DNA of 64,000 nt from Octopus sinensis (GCF_006345805.1 NC_043024.1:7006001-7070000); one strand, 5' to 3'. Positions 1 to 63,250 are shown, counted from the stretch's first letter. A program made the numbers and translations. The notes: generated by a model not told the origin, from the letters alone.

Positions 1-3000
1 CATAGCTATTTTTACAGTCACCATATTTGATGGCATAACAGACACACAGAGGTATTAGATGCACCCCACATCACAATTTCAGCAGCGCTTGTTCAGGAAA
101 TTAATAAAAAAAATAAAAAGGCTTTTAGTGCTTTAAAGCACTGCTTATAGGGTCCAGGGTGAATTTTTTGTTTTTTTGGTGGGGAGGGAAGAAAACATGT
201 CTTGTATGCCATCAAATATGTTCGTTAGTACCACAACTATTACAGATAATTAGTATTGTAATAAGTTAGTGCCACTACTACTACTGTAACCACCAGGTAC
301 CAGGATATGGGTGAAGTAGCAAAGCAGTGGGATTGAAATGTTTTTGTTGAATGTCGTTTTCAATTTTTCCCCTGTGCACCTCCATGCCCACCCCTACTGT
401 CTTTCACCACCAACAGAGCTGGTGGTGAAGGTGGGTTGGGTTATGAGCCAACATCTGTTTATCTTTCCATCCCCCACCCCACCCGAATGGGATAAGGGTG
501 GGTGGGTGGGTTGGTTTGTTAATTAATTAAAATTACAACGATGAACTTAACTGCCTCTCTTCTCCCAATCTTGCAGCTTATTCCACTTCCTCTGCTTATC
601 TTATGTCCAATCAATCAATCAATCAATCAATATATATATATATATTATTAGTAGCTCTACAATTGAATACTAATTAGAAAAGTAAAACTATTGTTGCTAT
701 TAGTTATTAAATGGTTCTGCATGTCCAATTAGCAGAATCGTTAGAAAGTTGGCCAAAACAGCTTGCGTCATTTAGTTTCGATTGATCCTATGTGTTCCAG
801 GTTGAAATCCCATTGTAAAGAGCTCCCCCGAAACTTTTCCCATTTCATTCTTCCTGGGGAGGGGCTTTGGGAGAGAGACCGATAAAATAAAGCTCCAGTT
901 TAGTGCTGGGTGGGTTGTTGAGGAGGCGGGGGTGTATTTAATCGGAAACCACCCTCCCCCCACATTTGAGGCCTTGTGCCTGTGTCACAAATCAATTTTA
1001 AGTGATTTCAAATCCTGCCAAGGTGGACTTGACCTATCTTCTTTCCCTCCAGTGGGGTTGGTTTATAAAGTTCATACTTGTTATGACTAATGAGATTAAA
1101 TACACCCCCTCCTCTCACCTTCTACCTTAGATATACATTATTATTATTTACATTCTCAGTTTAGATTCCACCAAGGCTGACTTTATCATCCTTTCATTTC
1201 AGGGTCAATGAAATAAGTACCAGTGATATACTGTGGTCAATGAAATCGACTAGCCCCCTCCCCCCAAATTTCAGGCTTTGTGCCTATAATAGAAAGGATT
1301 ATTATTCTTAGGGCAGTGGCTTGGCATTCTGAGTTCAAATTCTACCAGCATTGATTTTGTCAGTGAAATACTGGGGTCAGTGTTACCGACTAGCACCACC
1401 CCCTCCTCCGAAATGTCTGACCTTGTGCCAGTGTTAGCAACGATTGTATGGGGGTGGGGATTGAAGAATCTATAGTGTTGGACAAAATACCTTGTATTTC
1501 ATTACGTCTCTATCCCGAGTTCAAATCTCACTGAGGTCAGCTTTGTCATTTATTCTTCGAGGGTCAATGAAATGAAGTACCTGTCAAGTACTGGGTGGTA
1601 GTGCTGCATAGAAAATACCTAGTGGTATTACCTTTGTAGTTCAAATCCTGCTGAGTACCAGTTATACATTGGTGGTGGTGATTGAACTGACTGCACCACT
1701 CCTGCTGCTACGTTCTTAGTTCTTTACAAATCCATTGATTTCTGCTAAAGTTATCTTTGTTTACTTGATAAATTGCCCCAACTTGCCAGAATCTCGTTTT
1801 GAATATGTCCCCCTCCCATTCTGCCCCCACCCTGCAAACACACACACATGCACGTGTACCTAAATCAAACACCAGTGGTATAGCTTCTGTCACCGTTCCA
1901 AACCAATCACTATACCTTTACCAAGGTGTTTAACGAGACTTGTAGTCCTTTGATGCTACAGCTAAAGAATAAAGGCTTTTGTTCCGTCTGTCTTCTATAT
2001 CCTGTGAAAGATGCCTATGTGCTGGTGGTGCCATCTGGGGGATGGAAGTGAGGTGACAGCGTGACCCACCCCAGCTCTGCTATTTTGTCAAGATATATGA
2101 AAATAAGGAATGATTTTATAAAGCCCAGAAAAGCAGCCAATTTAAAGCTATTTTAGGCAAAAGGAGGAGATTAAGTAATTTAGTTCACCAATTCCTACAC
2201 GGGTTTGTTTTGCTTTATGTCCTCTCTTGATGGTGGAGGCAAAGGTCAGCAAAAAATAACCCCTGCCCCCCAAAAGTTCTGTAGCCAATGTAATTAATAA
2301 TATTCCTTTGGGTCAGTCTTTGTTTGATAGATATCTTTTATTAATAGTTGCCTCTTGCCAACCAATTTGTTATTTTAGATACATACATACATTATATATA
2401 TATATATATATATTGACAATAGAACCTGCTAAGTCTTTTACTTTCTGCTGAGCAAGAAACAGTTTTTTCTTATACACGATTCACTGTTACTGGTTGGTCT
2501 TTGTTATATATATTTCATTATCTATATATATATAAAACATTAATATTATATGATTATATATGTGTAATATATATGTATTTATAAAAGTATGTATATTATG
2601 TATACATATTCATGTTTATATTGTTATATATATATTTATATAAAATATGTATGCATATATTTTATATATGTTTGTCAATTATTTTGTATATTTATGTATT
2701 GTACATATATATTTATATGTAATGCATATTGTGTGCGTTTATATGTATGTAATATGTATATGTATGTATATTCAATTTAGAAAAGGAAGATGAAAAACTG
2801 ATCCTTCTTGATTAATCCCAGATCCTTTTAGCTTTTATGCCTTTCATCTTTCTAAGGCCAATACAGCACAAAAAAGCCAGTGTCTGGGGATGGACGTTGC
2901 TATAATTGGCTGCTGAATAAGTCTGCAAGCAATCTACCATTTTTTTACCCACCTCCCCTTACAATAATAATAGTAGTAGTAGTAGTAGTAGTAGCAGCAT

Positions 3001-4444
3001 GCTGTCTAAGACACACTTGTTATGTATACAACACCTGCATTGGTCACACGCATTAATATGATTAATACAGTATAACAGGTGAGCTGAACATGTTGGGGAC
3101 GTGGGTTAAAGCTGGTACTAAGGAGGGCAATATAGAGGTTTCAATAGGGCTGCTTTTTCTGTAGAAGAGGTCCATCTCCCAGATGAAAGCTGCTTCACTT
3201 CAATTCTCTTCATTCTATGGCTGCTAATTAATTAATTCCATTATCTTTTTTTTTTTTTTTTTTTTTTTTAAGGTATCAATGTCGCTTGGTCACATCACCC
3301 CTTTCATTTACACCCCCACTGGATAAATGTTCATTAGAATCTTGTGCCAAGTCAAAAATCTGATCCAATATGGGGAGGGGGGGGTAGTGGTGGACCAAAT
3401 ATTTGATGCCTGATTCCGAGTTCAATAATCAACATTTCTAGAATTTAGTTTAGTGGCGTTTCTTCCAGTTCTTTACATTCTGGGTTCAAATCTTGCCAAG
3501 GTCAACTTTGCCGAGTATTGGGGTTGGTGTAATTGACTAATCCCGATCCCCCTAAAAATTGCTGGCTTTGTGCCAAAATTTGAAACAGTTGTTTATTGCA
3601 AAAACATGAAAATAAAATTATAAACATCACCATTCAACTTATACTTTTTCTTTTGTGCTATTCCATTTCTGACCCTTAAACTTTAAATTATAAAAAAGTA
3701 GGTACATTTTAAAGCCAAATTTATATTCAGTTGCATTCAATGTGGTGGTTTGATGGCAGAATTGGTAGAGCATCAGGCAAAAATATTTTGTCATTTAGTT
3801 ACGTTCATTTACATTCAAGTGGTGTTCAAATCCAATCCTTACCTGCATCCTAGGTCATTTGTTTTTTCCTCTCCTCTCTCCTTGAGGGTCTGAGTAGGCA
3901 GGTGGCTTGACATTGATATATTTGGTTAAAACCCTTTAAAGGTAATGATCCCCAACATCGCTGGCTACAAACAATAGCTTAGTCAGGGAAAGAATAAATA
4001 TAAAGAAAGAGAAATGGGTTATTACACAATCGACCATACATACGTGGGTGCATGCAAGCCCCTATGCAAGAGGTTATTGAAAACTTGCCATAAGTTTTTT
4101 CCCCCTCAGTAAAAACTAACCTGCCCCCTATATTTGAATATTCTTGCTATGGCCTCCAACTTTGATTCCACCTTGCACTCACCCTGCCATACTTATACAC
4201 AGCAGTGAATTTATAATTAACAACAAAAAATATAAAAATATGGCCCTCCCTCCCAAATATAAAATTTGGAATCTATTAAAGCACTGTCTGCACTCTCTCA
4301 CTTTTGGCCCCATCCCTGTCCCCCACCCAAAGGGATAAATTTTGTTTTTTAATTGTTCATCTGTTCTTCCAGTTTTCCCAAATAAAAGGGCAGGGCTTTG
4401 ATTGCTTGAATTCCCATTCACCCCCTTCTCCACCCCTTAGTTGC

Positions 4445-6049
4445 TTCACCTCCGCGTATCTTGGGGTACCACTCTTTAACAAATAGGAAGGGATCACACC
4501 AATCTGGCCACCGCCTCTTTGCTCTCCAATCTTAGTTGGTCAATTCTGCCATTGGTAGAATCGGTGGAGCATCAGACAAGTGGTATTTGTTTTGGCTCTT
4601 TACACTCTGAGTTCAAACCCTTCCAACGTCAACTTCACCTTTGCCTCTCATTCCTCTAGATGCGATAAAATAATGACCAATCAAGTGAGCAGCAGGGTGG
4701 GGGTCAGTATAGTAGCCTGACCGTCCTCCTTAAAATTGCTGGCCTTGTGCTTAAATCGGAAACTGTCATCTGTTGGATGAACATGCTCAGCAGTATTTCC
4801 TCCAGCTCTTCACATTCTGGGTTCAAATCCTGCCAAGGCCGACTTGGCCTTTCATCCTTTCGGGGTTGATGAAATAAAGTACCAGTCATGTACAGGGGGT
4901 CGATGTGATCAACTTGCCCCTCCTCCCAAAATCACTGGGTGTGTGCCAAAATTAGAAAGCATTGTTATTCAATGGAAAACTTCACCCCTCCTCTCTCTCT
5001 AATTAGTTCCAAGTTCAAATCTTGTTGGGTTGGTTCTTGGTTTTGTATTTTGTTTTTCCTCGTTCCTCTGGAATCGTTAGAAATCTCTAGACATTCAACT
5101 GGAATCGGTTCAATTGGCAACACTAGACCTACCTCTTCTGCAAGACACACACACACACACAGAATTTAGCCTCCTGTTGGTAAAAGTTCGCCCTCCCCAT
5201 CAATGATTAAAAAAACAAAATGAAATTTCAATTCTTTAGCACATTTTGACTGGAATGGGGGTTTAAAGAAAATTGATTAAAAGATTTTTTTTTTAAGTTC
5301 CCTAGGAAATCTATGATAAACACGTTTCTTTTTCATCTGTATGATAATAATAATAATGATGATGATGATAACGACGACGATGATGATGATAATTATAACA
5401 TTGACAATAAATAAAACAAAAAATAAAGTATTTTTTCATCGTATTTCCTAATTCATATCATCAAAAATTAAACTGAAGTCGTTAATCGTTTTCAGTTTTA
5501 ATTTGTTTTAAATAATTAAAATCTAAGGAAAAAAAAAGAAAAACAAAAAAACACAAGTCACAACAAAAAATAAAAACAATAGAAGTAAATATAAATTTTA
5601 TTTGTCTTTTTTTTTGTATTTGTAAAGATGATGATGATGATGGAATAAAAACATACAGTGAAATTTATTTGAGAATTGTTTAATTTTTTCTAATTAGTAC
5701 TTGAAAAAAAATGATCATTTTTTATTATGATGCTATCAAAGATGGAAATGGTGGAGGCAAACCAGCATCGGAAGAAGAAAAAATTGCCTTGCTGCATTCA
5801 TTCTGGTTCTTGTATATTGAGGTAACAATTCCCATTCACCTCCACCTCTGCGTATGTCGGGGTACCACTCTTTAGCAAATAGGAAGGGCTCACACCAATC
5901 TGGCCACCGACTCTTTGCTCTCCAATCTTAGTTGGTCAATTCTGCCATTGGTAGAATCGGTGGAGCATCAAACAAGTGGTATTCGTTTTGGCTCTTTACA
6001 CTCTGAGTTCAAACCCTTCCGACATCAACTTCACCTTTGCCTCTCATTC
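4445..6049 (+). repeat. ~205-bp local direct duplication (4445-4653 and 5843-6049)
   Basis: High-identity match covering unique-looking sequence plus a decayed SINE B piece. Confidence 0.9.
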
Positions 6050-6609
6050 GACCCTTCATCCTACCAGGGTCGATTAAAATAAAGTACCAGTTAAATACTG
6101 GGGTTGATGTCATCTATTTAACCCTTGCCTCTCTTCCATTCCCCTCAAAACTTCTACCTTTCTGTCTTAATTAGAAACCATTATTATTATTATTAATTAT
6201 TTTACTGATCAGCTTTTTTCTCTTTCATTCTCTCTGCAGTTTGCAATCTCTTCTAATAAATTCTCTTCTTCGATCTACATATGATTACCATGTTTTTGTT
6301 TGTGTTGTTGTTGTTGTTATTGGTGGTGGTATTGAAGTCGTAGGTCAACCTTCCAGCCATGGCCAGCCAGTCAACCTGTTCAACCCTCGCTTCCATCTTT
6401 TATGTTCGTGGACCCATAGATCATGCCCACCTGTAACTGCATTGTTTTTGAACATGTCCAATGCAATGGCTGTACCTTGTGCAGGGATAACAGCTTCTCG
6501 ACATTTGCCTACTAAGAAGTAGTCTTAGCTCCCCACACGTTCAATAATTTTTAGTGTTCTATATTTGGGGGATGAATTATTTACATTTGACGGATATTGT
6601 TGTTAACAC

Positions 6610-6890
6610 TGTGAAGTATATTTGCCACTTAAATGTGGCTAACCACTAAGGGTGGATGCTACTGTAGCTTGTAGCCCCAGGAGAACATCTCCAGCTGGCT
6701 ATTGACACACTTTCTGTGCCCTATCAGTATTTGAAAAGGGGAGCCGTCAGCTCGACAATAAGAAGGATGACTTCCCTTTGCAAATACCGATAGGGCACAG
6801 AAAGTGTGTCAATAGCCAGCTGGGGCTACAAGCTACAGTAACCTTCACACTTAGTGGTTAACCACATTTAAGTGACAAATATACTTCACA
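6610..6890. mobile_element. Palindromic MITE-like element (~130-bp arms)
   Basis: TGTGAAGTATATTTG...GCCCTATCAGTATTTG and reverse complement; flanked by family H pieces. Confidence 0.7.
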
Positions 6891-6929
6891 TTGTCGTGCA
6901 GCTACTGTTTATACCTCACTCAGAAATTT

Positions 6930-7335
6930 ATTATTAGTTGTTTACACTGTTTTGGCTGATATACTCTCCAGCCTTCATCAGGTGTCTTGGGGAAATTTTG
7001 AACTTGGGTTCTTATTCTTAAGATATTTTTTTGATGTTGGAATCGAACTCGGAATCTTGGGGTTAGTAGCCTGTGCTCTTAACCACTATACCATATGCCT
7101 GTGGGCAATTATGGAGTGAATTTTAGGGCTAATATAATCTAATATTTTCCTATCCGAGTTCTCTTCCAGGCAGTGACCTGAATAATAACAATAATAACAT
7201 CAGAAAAGTACCTTAGGAATGAGAACCCAAGTTTGAAATTTCCCCAGGACACCTGATGAAGGCTGGAGAGTATATCAGCCAAAACGTGGTAACAACAATC
7301 AAGATGACAAATATCTGTCAAATGTAAATAATTTT
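6930..7335. mobile_element. Family H, second inverted-pair locus
   Basis: Minus arm 6930-7152 (tRNA-like 7038-7098; hammerhead 6942-6986) and truncated plus arm 7164-7335 (hammerhead 7248-7293). Confidence 0.78.
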
Positions 7336-7339
7336 CAGT

Positions 7340-8700
7340 CTGTTTCTTTGTTTAGAAAGAATCTGGGCAACTGTACTGAAGCCTCTCTCTACAAAATATG
7401 ATGTTAGGAAGGCAATGAAGTACATCTTGACTTTGTTTCACAGGGCTGGGTAGCAGTCAGAAAGGTCCTTTTGCAATCAAAGGTCTTGACATGATTTTTT
7501 TCAACTTTGGCCTCGGCTCTGTGCCATTTTAAAGTGAAACCAGTTGCATCCTCCACTATTCTCGTTTCCTCATTACTGATATCTAGGAATCACTCAGACT
7601 GGTATTTTAAGAAAAAAAACATCTTAAAATCTATCTGAGACTGTCTTTGTGCAGTTCATCCCAGCTATGAATAATACATTTGAATGCCATCTTTTGGTTT
7701 GCGCTTTTCCTTCTCCAATTCAGAGAGGCTCAGAAACTGGAAGAACTAACAATGGTTTATGTTTCATTCGAATAGTTGTAACTTGGACAGAAATGTGGAG
7801 AGGGCTGAGGTTACTTTGATATGGTATAACCTCATTTCCTTGTCATTGCAAATTAACTTCATTGAATTTTGTGAATATATCTGCCATATAAGCAATGGCA
7901 TGCTTGGGGTTTCTTGGTTCATGACAACAGAATAAGAGTCTCTGCAAGAATTTGACAACTTTTTAAAAAGTGAATAGAAACCCTCAACCAGTTTCCCTTT
8001 GACAGCCATTGAATTTCTGTATGTAACAACAGAGTGGAGGTGCATGGCTTAGTGGTTAGGGTGACAGCATCATGATTGTAAGATTGTGGTTTCAATTCCT
8101 GGACCGGGTGATGCGTTGTGTTCTTGAGCAAAACACTTCATTTCACGTTACTCCAGTCCACTCAGCTGGCAAAAACGAGTAATGATGCGATGGAGTGGCG
8201 TCCCGTCCAGCTGGAGAACACATATGCCATTGAAACTAGGAAACTGAGCCCATGAGCCTGGATAGGCCTTAAAAGGGCACATTTATTTTATTATGTAACA
8301 ACAGAAGAGCAAATGTTTTCATTCTTCTCAGTGCAGAACCATTGAAACAGTGGGGAACTGTGAACCTTTGATTTTATTGAAATGCTGCAATAACAGAGCT
8401 CAGCAATTTGTTATGTCCACCAGTTCGGTTATTTGCCTGTGGATTACACAGAAAAAAGTAAACACATAACTCTTTCTTGATAAAAGGATGAAGCTGTGTT
8501 CCATTTACTGCTCAAACATGAAATACTGACTCCTCTTTTGTATCTGTTTCTCGTTGTCTTACAACTGATAACTCTTGAACCAAATGTTAAATCTTTGACA
8601 AAACAAACAAGAAACAAACAGGTGAATTCCTTTTGCCAAGCAATAAAACTAAACTGTTCTGTGTTGCACAATATAGTTTCAATGTTATAAGTGTTCCACA
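7340..8700 (-). pseudogene. hAT (Buster/Charlie-type) transposase remnant, interrupted by a SINE
   Basis: LLLHTEIQWLSKGNWL and YPAL*NKVKMYFIAFLTSYFVERGFSTVAQILSKQRNRL (hAT dimerisation region); frameshifted. Confidence 0.8.
8034..8291 (+). mobile_element. tRNA-derived SINE with V-domain-like segment and 14-bp TSD
   Basis: A/B box head; GCGATGGAGTGGCGTCCCGTCCAG; TSD TATGTAACAACAGA at 8020-8033 and 8292-8305. Confidence 0.8.
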
Positions 8701-9740
8701 TTTTAGAATACTTGTAATCTCTCTTTACTATTTTACTTGTTTCAGTCATGTGGCTGTGGCCATGCTGGAGCACTGCCTTTAGTCGAGCAAATCGACCCCC
8801 AGGACTTATTCTGTCGGTCTCTTTTGCCGAACCGCTAAGTTATGGGGACGTAAACACACCAGCATCAGTTGTCAAGCGATGTTGGGGGGACAAACACACA
8901 CACACAAACATATACACACACACACACATATATATATACACACATATATACGATGGGCTTCTTTCAGTTTCCTTCTACCAAATCCACTCACAAGGCTTTG
9001 GTTGGCCCGAGGCTATAGTAGAAGACATTTGCCCAAGGTGCCACGCAGTGGGACTGAACCCGGAACCATGTGGTTGGTAAGCAAGCTACTTACCACACAG
9101 CCCTTCCTGTGCCTATACTCATTTTTAGAGAAAACAATTTGTACTTCCACATTTTAATTTTCATGATTACTTTTTAAAAAAAAAAAAATGTAATTTTGAT
9201 TTATGCATGGGCTGTGTGGTAAAAAGCTTGCTTCCTAACCACATGGCACCTTGGGCCAACCAAAGCCTTGTGAGTGGATTTGGTAGATAGAAACTGAAAG
9301 AAGCCCATCGTATGTACGTATGTGTGTGTGTGTATAGATATATATATTCATGAAAGTGTGTCTTTGTTTGTCCCCCTCGCCATCGCTTGACAACCAATAT
9401 TGGAGTATCAATGTCCTGGTAACTTAGTAGTTCAGCAAATAGGCCAATAGAATAAGTACTATGCTTACAAAGAATAAGTCCTTGGGTCGATTTCTTTGAC
9501 TAAAACCCTTCAAGGTGGTGCTCCAGCATGGCTGCAGTCAAATGACTGAAACAAGTAAAAGAGTATATAAATAGAAAATGGTGTCTTTTGTTCCCAACAT
9601 ACAAATGGGATGGGTAAGTGGGGTGAGGGATTAAAAAAAAATGCAAGAATTAAAAAAAAATGCAAGGATTAAAAAGGGTTTGTAACAGATGAGAGTTTCA
9701 GGAACACTTGAGGGGTGTCTGGTCTTATCTTGTCACATAC

Positions 9741-10150
9741 AATAGTTGAAGAAAAGGAACCAAAAATCCGGCTGTCTTCAATAACAATAAATAGTATTTT
9801 ATTCTTCGGTTCACAGGTAAAATATATACATATATATTTCTTTAGGGCGAACCGGCAGCCAAGTCCACAGGACTGTTTACAAATGTTCACTCGGGTGAGC
9901 CAAGAAGATACGGTCTCCGTTCCCGCTTCGAAGAGAGAGCTTCTCTGTGCGTAGCGCTTTCCCTGCAAGAAGTCTTAGTTGCGTCCGCTCGTTAGGGCTG
10001 CTTTTCCAAAAAGACCAATTTTAACGGGGATGCTTTCAGGTTGCAGTTCCTGCGCATGAGGAAACTTCCGGCAGCCTGCCGGAAATTATCCAATTCTGCA
10101 CATGCATGCTGAAACTTCCACAATAGCGTCACTACATGTTAAAGAAAGTC
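9741..10150 (-). promoter_or_regulatory. CpG-rich promoter-like island / probable first exon of an unidentified gene
   Basis: CpG-dense; TGCGCATG (NRF1-like) at 10051-10058; inverted ETS-like ACTTCCGG (10064-10071) and CCGGAA (10079-10084); GTATGT donor-like site on minus strand at 9740-9735. Confidence 0.5.
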
Positions 10151-12195
10151 TTATGGCAAGTGTTTTGAAATGTGGACCCTTAACCGAAAGGGAAAAAAGA
10201 AAAGCAATTTATGTAAGGGTTATTCTGAAAGTCTGACATATAAATAATTGAATGTCCAGGTCCTGTCAGAAGTGACCTCATTACATTTTCTCATTAGATT
10301 CCCAAAGGCATCTATCTTCGACTATGGATATAATTCAACTTTCTCATTCTTAATTACTTGTAGGGATACCATATTTCATTATAAAGCATTTAATATTCTT
10401 TGTTGTGTATTACTATTGCATAAATGTCAGTACAATGTCCTACTGTGTTAGCAGTGCAATTAAATTGTACTATAGCCCCAAGCCAACCAAAGCCTTGAGA
10501 GTGGACGGAAACTGAAAAGTTTATTGTATATATGTGTGTATGTGTGTGTCTTTGTATCTGTGTTTGTTCCACCACCATCGCTTGACAACCAGTGCTGGTG
10601 TATTTATGCCCCTGTAACCTAGTGGTTCAGCAAAAAGGATTGATAGAATAAGTACCAGGCTTAAAAAGTAAGCACTGGGATCAATTCATTCGACTAAAAA
10701 TTCTTCAAGGCAGTGCCCCAGCATGGCCTCAGTCTGACAGAAATAAGTAAAAGATAAAAGATAGTGTTAAACCACTGTATTTGGTGGTTATTTAAGCAGT
10801 GAGTTGATGGATGCTTAATGAGTTGGATGTGGGACTGATGAAAGAGCAAGAACACCTGAAATATGCATATACACCTATTACCTATTTTTCCATCTTTAAT
10901 CACATTGTTGTTTACATTAGATGTATTTAGATACAAAATGTAACAAATCGATGCTGGCTATAATTTCTATAGAAAATCTGTAGAAATAACCTTAAAAAGG
11001 TATCTCATTCTTGTCATCCCTATATCTTCTGTTCACTGGCAAGAAAAATCCATCTTGCAATTCTTTCCTGTGACATTCTAATCACATGTCCATAATACTG
11101 GACTTCTGCCTACCCATCTACCCACCTCTCTGCCAGTTCATCTACCTCTCTGCCCACTATTTCTGGGAGAGTTGTAGAGGTAAGAGTCCTCAACACCATC
11201 TCCATAGGTTCCTATCAAGAGCAACCATCATTACACTTTCCAGATGTGTTCCCAAGCAGGATCAATTGAGACTATGGACATCTCGTCCTAGGTCTCCTGT
11301 CGGTTGGCTCAGCTTGAAGAATCTGTCTCACCATACTTCCCTCTGACATTCTAATCACAGGTCCATAGAACCAGTGCTGTGATCTCTCAACAGTTTCTGG
11401 AAATCACCCTTGGTCCATTGTTGTTTGAAATGGCACGATGAAGAATTTGCAGACTGATGACCTGGGCTCAAATACTTGTATAGCAGAAACAGAATTTAAA
11501 GGTGGCAAGCTGGAAGAAATGTTAGCGGTATTTCGTCTGCTGTTATGTTCTGAGTTCAAATTCTGCCAAGGTCAACTCTGCCTTTCATTCTTTCGGGGTC
11601 AATGAATTAAGTACCAGTTATGCACTGAGGTTGATGTAATTGACTTAATCCCTTTGTCTGTTCTTGTTTGTCCCTTCTAAGTTTATCCCTTTGTGGGCAA
11701 CTTAAGAAATAAGAAACAGCATTTAAACACACCCACCCACTCACCTGTGACCAGACACCTTTCTTGTCAACCCTCACCTGTTTCCCAGCAAAGTAACATT
11801 CCACATGGCCAGACATGTTTTTATGAAATATTAGAAATGGACACCACTTTTATTTTTATGGTGGTGGTACTCATTTACAACTACAATGTCCAGACGAAGG
11901 GACATACGGTCACACAGTGTCTGTCCATAAATTACCTTTAAAATTTGAAAAGTTTTGAAAAAATGAAAAAAAAAGAGTTCATTTGACATACATACAAGAG
12001 CAGGCTAAAAAGTTCTTAGGCTGACTATAAAGGAGTGAGGGTAGAGCTATGAATTCTTGCAGGCATTAATTTCACCTCTTCTTAGTAATAAATGCATTGT
12101 TTTTTTCCAGGTAAGATATGATTTGTTACATTTTGTATCTAAATATATTTAATTTCTTGTTCATAGAAGACTTCAAAAGTAACTGGTTGCCTTTG

Positions 12196-12315
12196 GAATG
12201 AGAACCCAGGTTCGAAATTTCCCCAAGACACCTGATAAAGGCTGGAGGGTATATCAGCCGAAATGTTGTGTTAACAACAAACAAGATGAGGACAAATATC
12301 CATCAAATGTAAATA
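12196..12315 (+). mobile_element. Family H solo fragment with decayed hammerhead
   Basis: GACAC-CTGATAA-AGGCTGG..TCAGCC-GAA-ATGT-T-GTGTT at 12227-12272. Confidence 0.72.
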
Positions 12316-12382
12316 GCTGCTTTCTTCCTTAAAAAGATGAGTCAACTCCTACCACCACCCCATACTGATACCTTAGTCTTCT

Positions 12383-12811
12383 TTAACCCTTTAGCACTCA
12401 GATTATTCAATCAAATAAATTACTTATTTATTCACTGCTTGGAATTGATCCTGCATTAACTTGTAACTTTGAAATTTCAGTGATGTGATTGTTTATCTTT
12501 AGAATGACATTGTAAGCTAGGTGTGAGAGGCCAAATGTGGTTGGTTTGAATGAAAAACCAGTAGAATATTTGGGCCTGATATGGCTGGTTTAACAACCCT
12601 CCAGCATTCAGATTACCCTGTCAAATGTAATGCTTATCTATTCACATAGTTTTGAATTAATCGTGGATTACCTCACAGCTTTAAGATTTCGATGATGTGA
12701 TTATCTTTAGAATGACATTGTAAGATAGGTGCGAGAGGCCAGATCTGGATGGTTTGAACATAAAACAGAATATTTGAGCTGGGTGTGGCTGCTTTAAATG
12801 CCAAGGGGCAA
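12383..12811. mobile_element. piggyBac-like MITE, two tandem copies (related copies 15435-15589, 40260-40380)
   Basis: TTAA-CCCTTTAGC start; family end GCTAAAG(A/G)GTTAA seen at 15577-15589. Confidence 0.7.
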
Positions 12812-13391
12812 AAGCTAGAGAGTGACTTCAGTAAGGTTTGAACGCCAACTGCAGAGCCAGAACAAACACTGAATTGTATTTGATGCTCCACTGACTCACT
12901 GCCTAAATTCTGAAGTAAAAGAAATCATCGTTTAACGTCCACTTTCCTTGCTGGCATGGGTTGAACGGTTTGATTGACGACCTGATCTGGCAGAGTTTCT
13001 ACAGCTGGATGTCCTTCCTAATGCCAACCACTCCGAGAGTGTAGTGGGTGCCTTTTACGTGCTACCAGCACGTGGGCTAGTCAGGCGGTATTGGCAACGG
13101 CCATGCTCAAATAGTGCTTCTTATGTGCCACCTGCACAGGAGCCAGTCCAGCGGCACTGGTAACACCCTCACTCGAATGTTGTTTTTCACGTACTGCCAG
13201 TAAGGCGACGGTGGTAACGATCACGCTCGAATGGTGCTTTTTACATCCCACCGGCACGGGGGCCAGTCAGCGGCCCTGGCAACGATCACGCTCGGATGGT
13301 GCTCTTACTGCTCCACTATCACGGGGTACCAGTCATACGGTGCTGTCATTGAATAAGAAATAGTAACAGATATATATGGAATGAGAATATA

Positions 13392-13397
13392 TTTATT
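13392..13397 (-). terminator. Candidate polyadenylation signal of ERCC2
   Basis: AATAAA on the minus strand ~300 nt after the stop, just before a repeat insertion; position only. Confidence 0.45.
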
Positions 13398-13700
13398 TTT
13401 TTTAAAAAAGTTGATATCCCTGAGGAATTCTAGCTGTGGACTTTGTTGTTGTATATTTACAAAAAGTCTGATATGACATGCAAACTGAACAGTCTCTCGT
13501 CTCCGAACAAGACCAGACAATATCGATTTGCCAAAGTATTGCAGATACATGGTCCGTTCTGCAACAACATGATATCCTTGTCGTGTCTCCTTCACAATCC
13601 GTCCTTTCCATAAAGTGTCAAGCGACTGTGGCTGTAAACCAACTCATTCCCAAATGGTATTTGAGTCTGGTGGCACCAGTTATTAAATCAGGCACCTCTT

Positions 13701-62984
<49,284 letters not shown>

Positions 62985-63250
62985 CGTTTTGTTTTTGGTG
63001 GAGTTTCTCGGATTCTTAAAACACCGGTTTAAACAATAACAACGACATGGAACAACCGGATACGGTGTCAACCGAAATGTGTATCCTATGTAAAAAATGA
63101 CACGTGTACGCGATAACGAGGGGGATTTTTATGTGGTTGTTAGACATGTTAGAAATAGCAACCAAGTCTATCGAAAATTGCCTCCCAGCGTTTTATATTA
63201 AGAAAGAAGTGAAGTGGGTATGTATAATGTAGTTATCGATATGCAATGAA
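62985..63250 (-). promoter_or_regulatory. Probable 5'UTR/core promoter of ERCC2
   Basis: Non-repetitive, visibly CpG-richer sequence immediately upstream of the inferred ATG. Confidence 0.5.

Noticed and set aside
4455-4486. YLGVPL peptide resembling an RT motif
   Set aside because: Isolated hexapeptide followed by a stop, with no other RT motifs nearby.
6241-6522. 93-aa plus-strand ORF after a strong polypyrimidine-CAG
   Set aside because: No recognisable protein; it includes a (GTT)n tract that looks like a minus-strand retroelement tail, and no consistent exon chain could be built.
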